A stretch of 64,000 bases of DNA from Takakia lepidozioides (Eukaryota > Plantae > Bryophyta), in assembly GCA_030704615.1 (NCBI GenBank), contig CM060731.1, forward strand, positions 33,046,001 through 33,110,000. Reading direction: 5' to 3'. Below the pieces are notes generated by a model that ran no database searches, was not told the origin of the DNA, and saw only the letters and a list, made by a program, of their open reading frames with translations. Each line of letters opens with the position of its first letter. Position 1 is the first letter of the stretch. Positions 61,574-64,000 of the stretch are shown here, piece after piece. A program made the position numbers and the translations under genes.

Positions 61574-62769
61574 TTAAGCTAAAGCACTGGTGTTGTACAC
61601 CAACACTGCTCCACCCAAAAGCAGAGCTCCCAGAAGCAAGGCCCAGATAGCTAGAGCAGGTGTTCCTGTCAGAAAATACAACAAAGACGTTAATTACTGT
61701 GGACAAGTGAGGGAGATGGTATGGACATGTAAACTAGGTGGATGCAATTTTATTACTGCGGGAAGTGTAAAGGGGAGACATGTAAAATTACAATCGAAGT
61801 AATAGACAAATTACGATGACATTGTGTTATGCGAAATTTAGTGGATTGGGTACGCATTCTTACCCCCTGCATAGGTGTCACCATTTGCTGACCATTCCTC
61901 GGGCGCATAAATTGGACTGCAGGACAAGTATCATTTCAAAAACCAAGAAGAGAACACAACCTTGAAGGTTCACTTACGAAGATGGCACTCTTCACAGTAA
62001 TCTCAGCACGTGAATGATTTGCCACACTGAATGTCACTACGGCTGAAAGTATAGGATCGAAACATCATATGTACCTGTAACCATCCACGTTAGCTCCATA
62101 TTTCTTTTGGAATTGATAAACTCCCTTCCCCTGCAATTAAGACAAGAGAAAGACATGTCGCTCTTAGAGGTAAAAGTGCAACATCTTCAAACTCCCTTCC
62201 CCTGCGGATCGACACTGCTGTATCGTAGAGAAATCAGTCTCTAAAGCAATAGCCATGCCTTCGATATGCGCCACAAACTGCAAGGAAGAACGACGAACCA
62301 GCAACCCGAGTATACATCTGCAAGCCTCACCTTGGGTTTCCTGCCGCCCGCATCTACGCCATTCTTGAACTTGAGGTTACCAGAAGGACCTGCAAACAAA
62401 TCCCTCTTATAAGAGGCCAGCGCGTTAAGTTCATCACTGGAAAGAACGATCCAACGTAAACACCCTCCAAACTCCAAACCTGCGTACCAACAACCACGAT
62501 CTACACATCTCCTTCCTCACACTCTGCGATCCCATCCACCGGCTCTCTAATTTTCGAAACACTGAAACACCGAAACCCCTACCGTATGGCTCCTTAGTCA
62601 CAGTCTTCTTCGCGCTGGCTGCCACTTGGAGCGAGAAAGACGACGGTGCACGTCTGAGGACTGGCAATCCCTGCACAGCAGCTCCCGAAAATGAAGACTT
62701 GTCCAAAGAACCAGCAGCGACGCCCATAGCCGGAGTTACCAGAACAGCAGACACGGTAGTAGCGGCCAT
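61574..62769 (-). CDS. PsbR: Photosystem II 10 kDa protein PsbR, 5 exons
   Basis: Transit peptide, then KKTVTKEPYG / PSGNLKFKNGVDAGGRKPK / GKGVYQFQKKYGANVDGY / SPIYAPEEWSANGDTYAG / GTPALAIWALLLGALLLGGAVLVYNTSALA*. Confidence 0.95.
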
Positions 62770-64000
62770 GGTTGCAAGATCGCAGAGTGCTTCGTCTTCC
62801 TTGTCACTGCTCTTTCCACCCGCGCTACTGTACATTACAAGCCCTGCTTTATCTCTGCACCAGGGTGGTTGGCACCTCACATGCGCCCCTCGATTCCACA
62901 CGCTCGCTGACTGGCCCCAAGCCCTAAGGAGATAGGGGTGGACATCAGGGGAACGAATCACAAGTCCCCGTTCAGCTCAGCGCTATCCGCTTTCTCCTCC
63001 AACCGCGTGGTCGAACACAGCTCGTCCTCGTGCCGGAATATGACACGGATGCGCACTGAACGAATCTTACCATCATCGTGGCGTGGTGACGTACCTGGAC
63101 ACAATGTTGTTGTAGACCTGTATCTTTATTTGACAGTATTTGGTGTCTATGATTCCAGTTTCAGAAATGTTGGTTCCATGATGTTGTTACAAGCATGTCA
63201 CACCCCTGAACCTGTACTAAACTGCAGACAGCTCCGGGTTTGAGGGTCCATGTAACTACCCGCTGATGGACCCACTAAAATTGCCATGACCAGCCAACCA
63301 CAGGGACGATTCCACACATGTTTCTTCAATGACTTAGCATTGCAATGCCAAGCCATAATCCTGACCTGACGCTTGGTAAGGTTTGACATCGCCAACTCAC
63401 CAACATGTCTGCCAAGGCTGGAATGATCCGCATCAGTGTACTGACACACTCCCGTAATCCCCTGGCATTTCAATGCAGTATTCCAAACTTCATGTTCATT
63501 TCCATCAAAGTTGAACTGCCTTCTTTGTTGTGATTGGAACATCCCCACTCTGGCAGGGGCCGAGACAAGAAAAGGAATGTGAATGCATTAAGGGGAAATG
63601 AACACCTTGGGTACAAAGACATTGAATATATTGGACATAGCAATCCTGTCGGTTCAGGCAGCTGGAAAGGTAGGGTAGAGAACTTGAAAAGCTATAAGCA
63701 CTTTGCAGGTCTAATTTTCTGATATGTCAATGTGGAATAGAGTTCGAGAGAGAACACAAATAAGATAGTTAAGACCTTCACCGGGATCAAGTTGAGCAGT
63801 TTTCTAGTGTGGAGCCTCGAAACAGTGGATTTTAAAGAGTGATGAATGAAACCATTCACGGGGTGCTTGAGAGCTGATAAAGTATGGGTAATGGGTTCCT
63901 CAGAGTAGCTACGAAAAAGGTTTCAGAGCACATCAAACGTACCTTTACGAACATCATCATATACAAATTATGATAAAGTTGTTCAAATTCGTGATGGAAT

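Overview
Eukaryotic nuclear DNA from a land plant, most likely a seed-free lineage (inferred from gene content; species not determinable). Apparently intact genes: plastid RsmB/Sun rRNA m5C methyltransferase (+, 5' end unresolved), YjbQ/UPF0047 protein (-), CERK1/LYK-type LysM receptor kinase (+), two intronless PLS-class PPR editing factors (ending EYW and DYW), a glycine-rich RRM protein head-to-head with ribosomal protein uS5/RPS2, and PsbR. Broken or partial genes: PsbQ, a TolB/PD40 beta-propeller gene, a protein-kinase remnant and an orphan leucyl-aminopeptidase-like last exon. From about 10.8 to 26.3 kb is a transposon island. It holds a tRNA-derived SINE, a hAT MITE, a decayed hAT transposase and three related non-autonomous Mutator-like elements, one carrying PPR gene pieces (Pack-MULE). 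The most notable items are a divergent U1 snRNA gene (25404-25558) with its own USE+TATA promoter and an altered 5' splice-site recognition sequence, and a LINE whose 3' tail resembles the 5' part of U1. All calls were made by eye from the sequence, and exon boundaries are approximate to a few bases.
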